Notes: a model not told the origin generated them from the letters alone. Shown: positions 9,098-18,194, counted from the first letter of the stretch. The stretch: 64,000 nucleotides of DNA from Myxococcales bacterium (GCA_022184915.1 JAGTJU010000004.1:416057-480056), one strand, 5' to 3'. Program-made: numbers and translations.

Positions 9098-9259
9098 CGG
9101 TGTGCACTCTCTTGCACCCCGGGAAAAGAATCACCGGGTGGCCCGCCGGAGTGCAGACGGCAGGCCCCGTGCGGCTCATGACTTCCGCGCGGTCCCGGTG
9201 CCGCTCAAGCTATTCGCCTTCGTTGCGATCAACAAGCTGCCCTGTGGGATTCACGAGCT

Positions 9260-9306
9260 TCAGTAATAAACGGACATCATGTCCGGAAATTACCGACCGC
9301 GTCAAA
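9260..9306 (+). promoter_or_regulatory. second copy of the 47-bp element with CGGACATcATGTCCG palindrome
   Basis: TCAGTAATAAACGGACATCATGTCCGGAAATTACCGACCGCGTCAA. Compare 4981..5027. Confidence 0.5.
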
Positions 9307-9349
9307 GTGGGCTCACCGGGAGGTGCTCGGTGGGCCTTCGGGAGGCCCG

Positions 9350-9385
9350 TGTGTCGCTTGGGGTGTGTCGCTTGTGTGTCGCTTC
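9350..9385 (+). repeat. three direct TGTGTCGCTT repeats (putative arm-type sites, right end)
   Basis: TGTGTCGCTTggggTGTGTCGCTTgTGTGTCGCTT, same orientation as the left-end copies. Confidence 0.5.
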
Positions 9386-9474
9386 GGAGTGATAATCGGT
9401 GCGATTGATGCGATGTATGCACGAAAAAGTGCAATGAAAACGCACCCATGCAATTGGTGATAACCGGGGGAAAA

Positions 9475-9520
9475 GACTCTTAATCCGTTGGTTCGGGGTT
9501 CGATTCCCTGCGCGCCCACT
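9475..9520 (+). repeat. attR: 46-bp duplicate of the tRNA-Lys 3' end
   Basis: Exact copy of 3525..3570. Flanking sequence differs on both sides. Confidence 0.85.
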
Positions 9521-9811
9521 TTCTGTCGGACCGGTTCCCGGTTACTCCCTTCGACGAAGCGGGGCCTACACGAAACGGCCGCCCCGCACGCGGAGGGGCT
9601 AAGGGCCTGTCGTCGGGCGAAGCCGAGCGGCACGCGTCTTGAAGACGCTTTCACTATGAAGCCGCGGCTGGAGGATGAGGGGGAGGGCCAAGTCAGAGGG
9701 GCCGCTCGCGTGACACAGGTGAAGGGGCGCCCGAGGCCGGCACAGCGGGCAGGCCGGGCCGCCCCGGGGCGCGCGCCTGATCCCCCGCGGCAGTCGGCGG
9801 CGCGGCGCTAC

Positions 9812-10918
9812 ATGCAGCGGCCGCTGCGCTGGGCCGTGGTGGGTATGGGGCACTTCGCCCAGACCCACGTTCTGCCCGCGTTTCGCGCCCGGGGTGCCGG
9901 TGAGTTGCGCTTCATCGTGACCGAAGATCCCACGAAGGCGCGCGCCCTCAGCCGGGCGTACGACACCGAGGCGATCGACTACGACCATCTCGAAAGCATG
10001 CTCAGGTCCGACGAGGTCGACGTGGTCTACGTGACCGTGCCGAACCACCGCCACCGTGAGCTCACGGTGCGAGCGCTGCGGGCGGGCAAACACGTGCTGT
10101 GCGAAAAGCCCATGGCCGTGTCCGTGAGGGAGTGTCGGGAGATGGCGCAGGCCGCGGAGGAAGCCGGTGTGAAGTTGATGATCGGCTACCGCCTGCACTT
10201 CGAGAAGGCCAATCTGGCCGCCGTCGACCTGATACGAGCCGGTCGCCTGGGTGAGCCGCGCTTTTTCAGCTCGGCGTTCTCGTTTCAGGTGGAGCCTGAC
10301 AACGTGCGGACCCTGCCCACACACGAGGGAGGTGGTGTGCTCTACGATGTGGGCGTCTACTGCATCAACGCGGCTCGCTCGCTCTTTGGCGAGGAGCCTG
10401 TGTGCGCGACCGCGGTGTCCGCCAGCCGCCCGGGGGACGGCCGCTTCGAGGACAATCCCGAGCAAGTCTCGGCCGTGCTCGAGTTTCCCGAGGGCAAGCT
10501 CGCGAGCTTCGTCGTGTCTTTCGGCGCCGCCAGCGTGAACTTCTATACGGTGGCAGGCACCGAGGGGTCTCTGTCTCTCGAGCCCGCGTATAGCCTGGCC
10601 TCGCCCATGCACCTGGTGATGACCACGCGCAAGGGACGCAACGTCAACCGCCGCATCGACAAACACGATCAGGTCGCGGCCGAGCTCGTGTACTTCAACG
10701 AGTGCATTCGTGATGACGTGGAGCCCGAGCCCTCGGCAGAGGAGGGCATCGCGGACGTGGCCATCGTGGAAGCGATCTTGCGTTCGGCTCGCGAGGGGCG
10801 CCCGATCCCCCTCGGCCTGTCGCCTCGCAAGCACCCCACGGGGGCGCAGGCGCGGCAAAGGCGTGCCCCTGCCAAAACCCCGAAGGTGGTGAGCGCCTCC
10901 GGGCCAGGTTCATCGTAG
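9812..10918 (+). CDS. Gfo/Idh/MocA-family NAD(P)-dependent oxidoreductase
   Basis: N-terminal Rossmann RWAVVGMGHFAQTHVLPAF, EKP motif (HVLCEKPMA), C-terminal alpha/beta domain. Start chosen at MQRPLRW because the ORF-track start lies inside attR. Confidence 0.75.
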   Translation: MQRPLRWAVVGMGHFAQTHVLPAFRARGAGELRFIVTEDPTKARALSRAYDTEAIDYDHLESMLRSDEVDVVYVTVPNHRHRELTVRALRAGKHVLCEKPMAVSVRECREMAQAAEEAGVKLMIGYRLHFEKANLAAVDLIRAGRLGEPRFFSSAFSFQVEPDNVRTLPTHEGGGVLYDVGVYCINAARSLFGEEPVCATAVSASRPGDGRFEDNPEQVSAVLEFPEGKLASFVVSFGAASVNFYTVAGTEGSLSLEPAYSLASPMHLVMTTRKGRNVNRRIDKHDQVAAELVYFNECIRDDVEPEPSAEEGIADVAIVEAILRSAREGRPIPLGLSPRKHPTGAQARQRRAPAKTPKVVSASGPGSS

Positions 10919-10936
10919 GTCGCGACGGGCGGGGCG

Positions 10937-12154
10937 GTGTCTCGGTGTCACGTGGCGGTGGGCGTCCTTGCCAGGGCCACTCTGGCGGGGCTGATCTGCC
11001 TTGCGGGCGTTCCGGCCGCGGCGAAGACGACCGAATTTGGGGCGGTGCCGCTCGTGGGCGGTGACAGCGACAATGGGTTCGGCTTTGGGGGCATCGCCAG
11101 TGTGGCGGCGCCCGACCCGCAGCGCCCGCCTTATCGCTGGAGCCTGGAGGCGGGCGGATTCATCACCTTCGACACACGGGATGACCGCCCGGCGAGCCCC
11201 TACCAGGATCTCTACCTGCGCTGGGTGGCGCCCCGGCTCGGGGGCGGCAGGCTGTGGGCCGAGGCCCGGGGCTCGTGGACCCGCGAAAACGCGCTCGACT
11301 ACTACGGCATCGGCAACGCCAGCGTGCGGCCCGCCGACAGCGATTCCGATCGAGATGCCTATGCGCGCCGCCATCCGGAGGTGTATCTGAGGGTGCGGCT
11401 GCGGCTTTGGGGCCCGTGGGCGCTGGCACTTGGCCAAACCTTCGCCCACAACGGGCTGGCCATTCCTTCGCGCAGCTTCGTCGCCCGGGACCTGAGGGCA
11501 CCGCCCGAAGGTTTTGCGGCCGCCTTCCGCACGGTGGGGGACCACGGGGTGGCGCGCAGCGAAGGCGGCGTGGTCTTCGACACGCGCGACACCGAACTTT
11601 CGCCCACGAAGGGCCAGTTTCACGTGCTCAGGGCACGGGTCAGCCCCCGCCTGGGAGAGGCGCTGCCTTACGGCTACCAGCAACTCAATCTGACCCTGCG
11701 CGGGTACCGTGCGCTGGGCGCGCCCACGCGGGTGTTGGCCGGCCGCCTGGTGGGCGATGTGTTGTTCGGGGATGCGCCGTTTTACGAGCTGACCCGCTTC
11801 GACGATACCAACGCCGTGGGAGGGCCCAAGGGCGTGCGCGGGGTGCCCGCGCAGCGGTTCTACGGCAAGGTGAAGCTGTTCTCGAACCTCGAGCTGCGTG
11901 CGCTGCTGCTGCGTTTTCGCCTCGCGGGCAAGGCGTTTTCGCTCGGCAGTGTGACGTTCTTCGATGTGGGGCGGGTGTGGTCGGATCTTTCGCCCAGCCG
12001 CGCGCTGGACGGCACGGGGCTGGGGCTTCACTACGGTCTCGGCGCGGGTCTGCGCCTCACGCAGGGAAGCACCTTTGTCGTGCGGGCCGATCTCGCCTGG
12101 TCGCCCGACGCGCGCCCGCTGGGGGCCTACGTGAGTGCAGGGCAGGTGTTTTGA
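10937..12154 (+). CDS. Omp85/BamA-family (bacterial surface antigen) outer-membrane beta-barrel protein
   Basis: Signal peptide. Alternating beta-strand pattern. C-terminal GLGLHYGLGAGLRLTQGSTFVVRADLAW...F typical of the D15/Omp85 barrel. Confidence 0.65.
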   Translation: MSRCHVAVGVLARATLAGLICLAGVPAAAKTTEFGAVPLVGGDSDNGFGFGGIASVAAPDPQRPPYRWSLEAGGFITFDTRDDRPASPYQDLYLRWVAPRLGGGRLWAEARGSWTRENALDYYGIGNASVRPADSDSDRDAYARRHPEVYLRVRLRLWGPWALALGQTFAHNGLAIPSRSFVARDLRAPPEGFAAAFRTVGDHGVARSEGGVVFDTRDTELSPTKGQFHVLRARVSPRLGEALPYGYQQLNLTLRGYRALGAPTRVLAGRLVGDVLFGDAPFYELTRFDDTNAVGGPKGVRGVPAQRFYGKVKLFSNLELRALLLRFRLAGKAFSLGSVTFFDVGRVWSDLSPSRALDGTGLGLHYGLGAGLRLTQGSTFVVRADLAWSPDARPLGAYVSAGQVF

Positions 12155-12164
12155 GGCGGACGGG

Positions 12165-13091
12165 TCAAAGCCACAGGTCCGTCAGCGTGGCCACCAAAAA
12201 GGCGACCGACACGTACCCGTTCAGGTTGAAAAACGCCATGTCGAGCCGGGACAGATCCGAGGGGCGCAGGATGCTGTGCTCCCACACGAGGATGCCCGCG
12301 ATCACGGCGAGGCCTGCGAAGTAGATGGCCTGCAGGCCGCCCGAAAGCCCCGTGAACACGAGCGCAACGAGCGTCACCCCGTGCAGCCCGCCCGAGATCC
12401 ACAGCGCGCCTTTCACGCCGAAGCGCACCGGGATCGAGCGCAGCTGGGCGCTTTCATCGAAGCCCCGATCGGCCAGGGCGTAAAGGATGTCGAAGCCTCC
12501 GATCCAGGTGGTGACCGCCAGCATCAGCCACAGGGCGGGCGCGGCCAGGCCCCCCGTGACGGCGATCCAGGCGCCTGCGGGTCCGGCCGCGATCGCAAAG
12601 CCCAGCACGAGGTGGCAAAGCCAGGTGAAGCGCTTGGTGTAGGAGTAGCCCAGCACCAAGCCCAGGGCCACCGGGCTTAGCGCCAGGCACAGGGGTCCCA
12701 GGTAGGCCGACACGGCGATGAAGATCGCGCTCGAGAGCAGCACGAGGGCCACGGCCGTACGGAGAGGAACGAGGCCGCGGGGGATCTCACGGTTCGCCGT
12801 ACGTGGGTTGCGGGCGTCGAAGTGCCGATCGACGATGCGGTTCCAGCCCATAGCGGCGGTGCGGGCGGCGGCCATCGCCACCACGATCGCACCCAATCGA
12901 GGCCAGGTGAGCGCGTGGGTGCGCGAGGCCATCGCCGCCGCGGCCAAGGCAAAGGGCAGGGCGAAGACGGTGTGGCTGAACTTGATCATGCGCCCGAAGG
13001 TCCTCACCTGGGCGAGGACGCCGCGAGGCGGGGTGACAGGATCGGGCAGGGAGAGGCTAGGGGGGGCGGAGGTCGGCTTCATGTCATCCAT
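12165..13091 (-). CDS. UbiA-family prenyltransferase (likely 1,4-dihydroxy-6-naphthoate polyprenyltransferase of the futalosine pathway)
   Basis: 308 aa from MDDMKPTS (alternative start M at 13082, which forms an ATGA overlap with the upstream gene). Multi-TM, with NRIVDRHFDARNPRTANREIP and YALADRGFD Asp-rich motifs of the UbiA superfamily. Sits in the mqn cluster. Confidence 0.75.
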   Translation of the reverse strand: MDDMKPTSAPPSLSLPDPVTPPRGVLAQVRTFGRMIKFSHTVFALPFALAAAAMASRTHALTWPRLGAIVVAMAAARTAAMGWNRIVDRHFDARNPRTANREIPRGLVPLRTAVALVLLSSAIFIAVSAYLGPLCLALSPVALGLVLGYSYTKRFTWLCHLVLGFAIAAGPAGAWIAVTGGLAAPALWLMLAVTTWIGGFDILYALADRGFDESAQLRSIPVRFGVKGALWISGGLHGVTLVALVFTGLSGGLQAIYFAGLAVIAGILVWEHSILRPSDLSRLDMAFFNLNGYVSVAFLVATLTDLWL

Positions 13092-14320
13092 TCCACAGAG
13101 GTCGGCGCGCCCTGGACGAGGGTGCGGAGCAAAGCTTCGGCGTGGGGCGCTTCGACGGGCACCGCGAGCACCCCCGGGCGTTGGCCAGGCGTAAGCGAGC
13201 CCAACCAGGGCCTTTCGAGGGCGATGGCGCCCCCGTGGGTGGCGGCTTCGAGCCACAGGTGGGGCGGCAGCGCGGGAAAGGCACCGGCCAGGGCCTTCAT
13301 TTCGTCCCAGAGGGAGAGCGAGGCCACCGACGCCAGGCTGTCGGTGCCGAGCGCCAGGGTCAGCCCGGCATCGACCATCGCGGGCACGGGTGGTGCGCGG
13401 CCGCTGATGTGTTGGTTCGAGCGCAGGCAGAGCACCACGGGCGCGGCGGCGGCGCGCGCCCTGACGATCTCCGGCTCGCCCGCCAGACACATGTGCACGA
13501 GCAAGGGCGCCGGGGGGCCCGCGAAGGCGCCGAGCCGCTCGAGGTAGGGGCCCGGGCCCATGCCGGGGGTGCGGCTGCCGGGCGGCACACCCAGGCGCGC
13601 GAGCACGGGCGCCCAGGCCCCGACGCCCGTCTCGAGCAGCGCGAGCTCGTCGGTGTCCTCGGCGAGGTGGATCGTGGTGCGTTGCCCGGCCGCCTGCGCG
13701 GCCGCGAACAGCCGCGCCAGCAGCGCGGGGCCACCCGAGTAGGGCGCGTGGGGGGCCTGCACGTAGCGGAACCGCAGCGGCCAGTGGCCCGCCCGCACGA
13801 GCGCTTCTTGCTCGGCCCGCAAGGCCTCGAGGCCCGCGCCGCTTCCGTCGTCGCGGGAGCCCAGGATCTCGTGAAAAAAACTGCCTTCCAGGGGGACCTG
13901 CCCGAGCGCCTCGACGCATCCAAGACCGTTGCCCACGTCCCCAAGCGCGATCGTTCCCGCCCGATGCGCAGACGCAGCGGCCCTGTGAGCCGCGGCCAGG
14001 CGCGCGGCGTCGGCCACGTCGCCGGCCGCCCGCTGCAGGCGCCCCACCCAGGGCACGAGGCCCTCGCCCCCGGGCACGCCGCCTGCGAGCGCCGAAAGTT
14101 CGAGGTGGGTGTGCGCGTTCACCAGGGCGGGCAAGAGGGTGCCGTGCACGTGCCGCTGCCGCGCGGGCCCTGCCTGTTTTGCGAGGACCTCGGCGGGCCC
14201 CACGGCCACGATGCTTCCCTCGGCGTCCAGCCACACGGCGCCCTCACGCAAGGGCGGAGCCGTGATGGGCACCACCCAGGAGGCGCTCACCAGTTGGCCC
14301 GTGCGGCCCTCGTGCGCCAT
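13079..14320 (-). CDS. amidohydrolase-family protein (candidate aminodeoxyfutalosine deaminase)
   Basis: 413 aa. HxH metal motif (VNAHTHLELS) plus later His/Asp ligands of the amidohydrolase fold. Position in the mqn cluster. Confidence 0.6.
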   Translation of the reverse strand: MAHEGRTGQLVSASWVVPITAPPLREGAVWLDAEGSIVAVGPAEVLAKQAGPARQRHVHGTLLPALVNAHTHLELSALAGGVPGGEGLVPWVGRLQRAAGDVADAARLAAAHRAAASAHRAGTIALGDVGNGLGCVEALGQVPLEGSFFHEILGSRDDGSGAGLEALRAEQEALVRAGHWPLRFRYVQAPHAPYSGGPALLARLFAAAQAAGQRTTIHLAEDTDELALLETGVGAWAPVLARLGVPPGSRTPGMGPGPYLERLGAFAGPPAPLLVHMCLAGEPEIVRARAAAAPVVLCLRSNQHISGRAPPVPAMVDAGLTLALGTDSLASVASLSLWDEMKALAGAFPALPPHLWLEAATHGGAIALERPWLGSLTPGQRPGVLAVPVEAPHAEALLRTLVQGAPTSVEWMT

Positions 14321-14332
14321 CTTTTCCGCTCC

Positions 14333-16303
14333 TCAGCGCTGCGACGAGGGCAAAAGCTCGTAGCGCATGTTTCGGCGGCGCGGGAGAAAGCCCGCCTCGC
14401 GCACGTAGCGTTCGATGTCCTGCGCCGAGAGCTTGAACACCGCGCCGGCTTGCGACACCACGTTTTCCTCGATCATCGCGCTGCCGAAGTCGTTGCCGCC
14501 GAAGCGCAGCGCCACCTGGCCCACCTCGGGACCCATCGTGGGCCACGAGACCTGCAAACTGGGAAAGTTGTCGAGGTAAAGCCGCGACAGCGCGAACACC
14601 CGCAAGTAACGCATGGCCGTGGTGTCGTCCTTGAGCTTGAGGCGGGTGCCTTCGGCCTGGAAGGGCCAGCAGATGTACGCGGTAAAACCGCCCGTTTCGT
14701 CCTGCAGCGCCCGCAGATGTTCGAGGTGGTTGAAGATGTGCTGCGGGGTCTCGCCAAAGCCGAACACCAACGTGCCCGTGGTGCGCAGCCCGAGCGCGTG
14801 CGCCTGGCGCATGACCTCGAGCCAGGTCTCCGTCGAGCACTTGAGCGGCGAGATGCGCTCGCGGATCTCGTCGTCGAGGATCTCGGCGCCGCCGCCCGGA
14901 ATGGAATCGAGGCCGGCGTCCACGAGCCGTTCGATCACGGCCCGCAGCGACAGGTTTTCGAGCTCGGCGATGTAACGGATCTCCTCGGGCGACAGCCCAT
15001 GGATCGCCAGAGGAAAGTTGGCCTTCATCCAGCGGAAGAGATCCTCGTAGTACGCAAGCGGTAGATCGGGGTTCAAGCCCCCCTGCAGCAGGATCTGAAC
15101 ACCGCCGAGATCGACCGTTTCCTTGAGCTTCTGCGCCAGCACGTCCTTGGGCAAGGTGTAGCCGTCGGCGCGGCCCGGTGGGCGGTAGAAGTTGCAGAAC
15201 TTGCACCGGGTCACGCACACGTTCGTGTAGTTGACGTTCCGATCGATGATGTACGTCACCACGCCATCGCCGTGCAGGGACTTGCGGCGCAGGTCGGCGG
15301 CCGCGCCGAGATCCAGCGTGGGGGCTTCGGCATAGAGCCGAAGCGCGTCCTCGTACCCCAAGCGCTGGCCCGCGGCGGCGTCCGTGAGAAGGGCATCAAT
15401 CGATTTGTTCGGGTGGTCCACGCCCGTGCGGGGCACGGGCAAAGGCGCAGCCGTGCGGACCGTGGTGATGGGGCGCTCGGGGCGGCCATCGTCGAAGAAA
15501 CGCAACGGTGGTTTGCGGGGCAAAAGGCCTGCCGCGTGAGCCCGCGTGAAAAACGCCGTGGCGCCCGAAAGTTCTTCGGCCCCGAGCTGGTAGCGGATGT
15601 TGCGGGTGAGATAGGCCTCGCAGGCCTCGGGAGAAAGATGCGAGTTTTCGGCCCAGCCGCGGGCGATCTCGGCCCGGTGTTCGAGCCCCTGACGAAGGCT
15701 CTCCTTGAGCAGCGCCACCGCTTCACCCTCCACCGCGCCCGGCCGCCCGGCCCACACGGCGTAGACGAAGGGCAGGCCCACCCAGCGCGTCCATTCGGTG
15801 CCGAGATCGTAGACGTAGGGGAAGCGCTCGGCGGCTGCGAACGCGGGGTCACCGATCATCAGTGCGCCCCGGCGGCCCTGCACGCTGTCCACCAAGGTCT
15901 CGTGTGCGGTGAGCGCGAAGCCCGGGGAGAGCCCGCGCTCGTGGGACAGCAGCTTGACCAGCGTCGCCGACGTCCGCGACGCGCTGTCGGTGCCGATGAA
16001 CTCCATCTCTTCCCATGGCACTTCGCCGACCAACAACACCGTGCGCACGGGGCCCTTGCCCGCCACCGCCACGCCCGGCACCACGCGCAGCTCACCCTCG
16101 ATGGTCGCGAGCGAGGCGGTGGGCAGCAGCGCCAGATCCACCTCGCCGTGCGCGAGCCTGTCGGCGCAGCGCGAGGGCAGATCGTAGGTGAGCTCGAAGC
16201 GTTCGCCCATCCGGCCCAGGCCCCGCTCGAGCGCGTACGTGATGGGCCGCGCGTTCAGAAACGAAACGGCGGCCAGGCGCAGCTTGCGGTCAGGCGCGCT
16301 CAT
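14333..16303 (-). CDS. MqnA (chorismate dehydratase)-like domain fused to a MqnE/MqnC-type radical-SAM enzyme
   Basis: 656-aa single ORF. N-terminal ~275 aa has the MqnA-like signature (LRLAAVSFLNARPITYAL). C-terminal ~370 aa carries the radical-SAM CxxxCxFC motif (NYTNVCVTRCKFCNF) and GGAEIL motifs of the MqnC/MqnE family. Confidence 0.7.
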   Translation of the reverse strand: MSAPDRKLRLAAVSFLNARPITYALERGLGRMGERFELTYDLPSRCADRLAHGEVDLALLPTASLATIEGELRVVPGVAVAGKGPVRTVLLVGEVPWEEMEFIGTDSASRTSATLVKLLSHERGLSPGFALTAHETLVDSVQGRRGALMIGDPAFAAAERFPYVYDLGTEWTRWVGLPFVYAVWAGRPGAVEGEAVALLKESLRQGLEHRAEIARGWAENSHLSPEACEAYLTRNIRYQLGAEELSGATAFFTRAHAAGLLPRKPPLRFFDDGRPERPITTVRTAAPLPVPRTGVDHPNKSIDALLTDAAAGQRLGYEDALRLYAEAPTLDLGAAADLRRKSLHGDGVVTYIIDRNVNYTNVCVTRCKFCNFYRPPGRADGYTLPKDVLAQKLKETVDLGGVQILLQGGLNPDLPLAYYEDLFRWMKANFPLAIHGLSPEEIRYIAELENLSLRAVIERLVDAGLDSIPGGGAEILDDEIRERISPLKCSTETWLEVMRQAHALGLRTTGTLVFGFGETPQHIFNHLEHLRALQDETGGFTAYICWPFQAEGTRLKLKDDTTAMRYLRVFALSRLYLDNFPSLQVSWPTMGPEVGQVALRFGGNDFGSAMIEENVVSQAGAVFKLSAQDIERYVREAGFLPRRRNMRYELLPSSQR

Positions 16304-17451
16304 GGCACCACCTCCAGCGCGCGGCGGCTCACGTTGCGGCGGAAGGGCTTTTGCGGGACCAGGGCGTCGCCTTCGGCGATCACGTTGTAGAGCGTGTCGC
16401 GCTCGACAGGGGTGCGCCCGGCGTTGACGATGAGGCGCACGATCTCGTCGGGGGCCAGGGTCTGCGGCGTCTCCGCACCGGCCATGTGATAGATCTTTTC
16501 CTCTTGCACGGTGCCATCGAGATCATCGGCACCGAACCAAAGCGCCGTTTGCGCCGTCTTCACCCCCAGCATCACCCAGTACGCCTTGAGGTGCGGGATG
16601 TTGTCCAGAAGCAACCGGGCCACCGCGTACGTGCGCAGGTCTTCGATGCCCGTGGGCGCAGGCAGCTTCATGAGGGCGTTGTTGTCGGGGTGGAAGGCCA
16701 GGGGGATGAAGGTCTGAAAGCCGCCTGTTTCGTCTTGCAGGGCGCGCAGCGCGAGCATGTGGTCCACACGTTCTTCCAGGGTCTCGATGTGCCCGTAGAG
16801 CATCGTGCAGTTCGATCGCATGCCCATCTGGTGGGCCGTGCGGTGTACGGCCAGCCATTCTTCGGCGTTGCACTTGTCGTCGCACACCTTCTTGCGCACC
16901 CGCGGGGCAAAGATCTCGGCGCCGCCGCCCGGCAGGGAATCGAGACCGGCGGCCCGCAGCTGCTCCAGCACCTCCTTTACGGAGAGTCCGTAGCGCTGGT
17001 GGTAGTAGTGCACTTCCACCGCCGTAAAGGCCTTGAGATGGATGTCCGGCTTGATGCGCTTGAGACCCGCGAGGAGGTCCGTGTAGTAGGAAAACGGCAG
17101 GCCCGGGTGAAGGCCATTGACGATATGGATCTCCGTCACGGGCTCGCCCACGTCCACGCGCCTTTGCAGACGGCCGAGGGCTTCTTCGAGCGAAAGGGTC
17201 TGCGCCTGGGGGCTGCCCTCCTCGAGCCGCGCGAACGAGCAGAACCGGCAGCTGGCCACACAGACGTTCGTGGCGTTGATGTGGAAGTTCCGGTTGAAGT
17301 ACGTGCGCGCGCCGTGCATCCGCTCCCGGACCTCATTGGCCAGGGCGCCGAGCTCCATCAGGTTGGCGTGATCGAAGAGCGCGACACCGTCCTCGAAGGA
17401 CAGAGGCTCGCCGTCTTTGACTTTGTCGCGAATGCGGGAAAACGTGCTCAT
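16300..17451 (-). CDS. MqnC/MqnE-type radical-SAM enzyme (menaquinone via futalosine)
   Basis: 383 aa. NATNVCVASCRFCSF Cys triad. Paralogous to the C-terminal half of 14333..16303. ATGA overlap with the upstream gene. Confidence 0.7.
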   Translation of the reverse strand: MSTFSRIRDKVKDGEPLSFEDGVALFDHANLMELGALANEVRERMHGARTYFNRNFHINATNVCVASCRFCSFARLEEGSPQAQTLSLEEALGRLQRRVDVGEPVTEIHIVNGLHPGLPFSYYTDLLAGLKRIKPDIHLKAFTAVEVHYYHQRYGLSVKEVLEQLRAAGLDSLPGGGAEIFAPRVRKKVCDDKCNAEEWLAVHRTAHQMGMRSNCTMLYGHIETLEERVDHMLALRALQDETGGFQTFIPLAFHPDNNALMKLPAPTGIEDLRTYAVARLLLDNIPHLKAYWVMLGVKTAQTALWFGADDLDGTVQEEKIYHMAGAETPQTLAPDEIVRLIVNAGRTPVERDTLYNVIAEGDALVPQKPFRRNVSRRALEVVP

Positions 17452-18194
17452 GGGGTCACCTCTTCGAGCCGGCCGCCTGCCAGGCGTTCCACCGGCTGGA
17501 GCTGCGCGCCTGCAATGAAAACCACGACCTCCTTGCGGGTCATGGCGGGGTTGTTGGCGTTGGCGCCCAGGCGCAGGGCGCGTTCCGAAACGATGGGGCC
17601 ATAAAGCCCGTTGGCCCCGAAGCCGAGCGCCATCTGCGCCAGCCGGTGGCCGAGGCGCGCGAAGTCGGCCACCACGGCCGTGCCCGCGAAGCGAACGCCG
17701 CAGGCGGCGAAGTGGGCCAGGGTATCGAGGCCCATGGGCTCGCCCGTGGGCGTGGGGATCACCGCTTCCACGGGGGTACCACGCTCACGGCAGGCGTGGA
17801 GGAACGCTTCCACGGCGTTCAGGCGCTCCTCGCGCGTGGCGGGGGCTTCACCGGCTTCGTAGGGCACCCGCAGCTGACCCCGCATCCCCAGCGCGAGCGC
17901 CGCGCTCATGGTGGGCAGGGACGCGCCCACGAACACCTGCGCGCCCGCGGCCCAGGCCGCATCGAGCCCGCCCAGCGCCGGCAGGTCGCTTTCTTCGACC
18001 ACGCTGTCGGCGGCATCCTTCGGGCCCTGCCACGTGCCCGTACCAAGCAGACGGCGGCTGCGGGCGAAGACGCATCGATTGCCGCCCAGGCGCTGGCGAA
18101 GCTCGTTGGCCGTGCGGGCCTGTGCGAACAGATCCGCGGGTGGCATGTCGGCGCACGGGACGGTTGGGGGCGAGACGCTGTCGTGGGTGTGCAT
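17448..18194 (-). CDS. hypothetical protein, translationally coupled to ubiX
   Basis: 248 aa from MHTHDSV. Its ATG overlaps the ubiX stop (TGATG). The ORF-track N-terminal extension to 18635 is Arg/Gly-rich and overlaps ubiX. No family recognised. Confidence 0.45.
   Translation of the reverse strand: MHTHDSVSPPTVPCADMPPADLFAQARTANELRQRLGGNRCVFARSRRLLGTGTWQGPKDAADSVVEESDLPALGGLDAAWAAGAQVFVGASLPTMSAALALGMRGQLRVPYEAGEAPATREERLNAVEAFLHACRERGTPVEAVIPTPTGEPMGLDTLAHFAACGVRFAGTAVVADFARLGHRLAQMALGFGANGLYGPIVSERALRLGANANNPAMTRKEVVVFIAGAQLQPVERLAGGRLEEVTP

Larger units (their letters stand above)
3571..9520. mobile_element. ~6 kb integrative element (genomic island/satellite-like) inserted in tRNA-Lys
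   Basis: Bounded by the 46-bp att duplication. Tyrosine integrase lies next to the intact tRNA. Xis/AlpA-type excisionase, HTH proteins, arm-type TGTGTCGCTT repeats near both ends, and Arg/Pro-rich hypothetical genes all on the minus strand. Confidence 0.8.

Noticed and set aside
8198-9181. 327-aa plus-strand ORF across the island right end
   Set aside because: It is antisense to the co-oriented island genes 8100..8402 and 8438..9097, and its translation is Arg/Pro-rich.
9210-9449. 79-aa ORF covering the palindrome and TGTGTCGCTT repeats
   Set aside because: Its sequence is dictated by the repeats (…ISGHDVRLLLKL mirrors the same palindrome-encoded peptide in the false int extension). More likely regulatory DNA than coding.
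9599-10858. 419-aa minus-strand ORF
   Set aside because: Mirror image of the Gfo/Idh/MocA oxidoreductase gene. It has no recognisable motifs.
12165-14234. 689-aa ORF-track call on the minus strand
   Set aside because: Only the C-terminal 308 aa is the UbiA-type prenyltransferase. The N-terminal 380 aa is an Arg/Gly/Ala-rich read-through typical of high-GC off-frame translation and overlaps the amidohydrolase gene.
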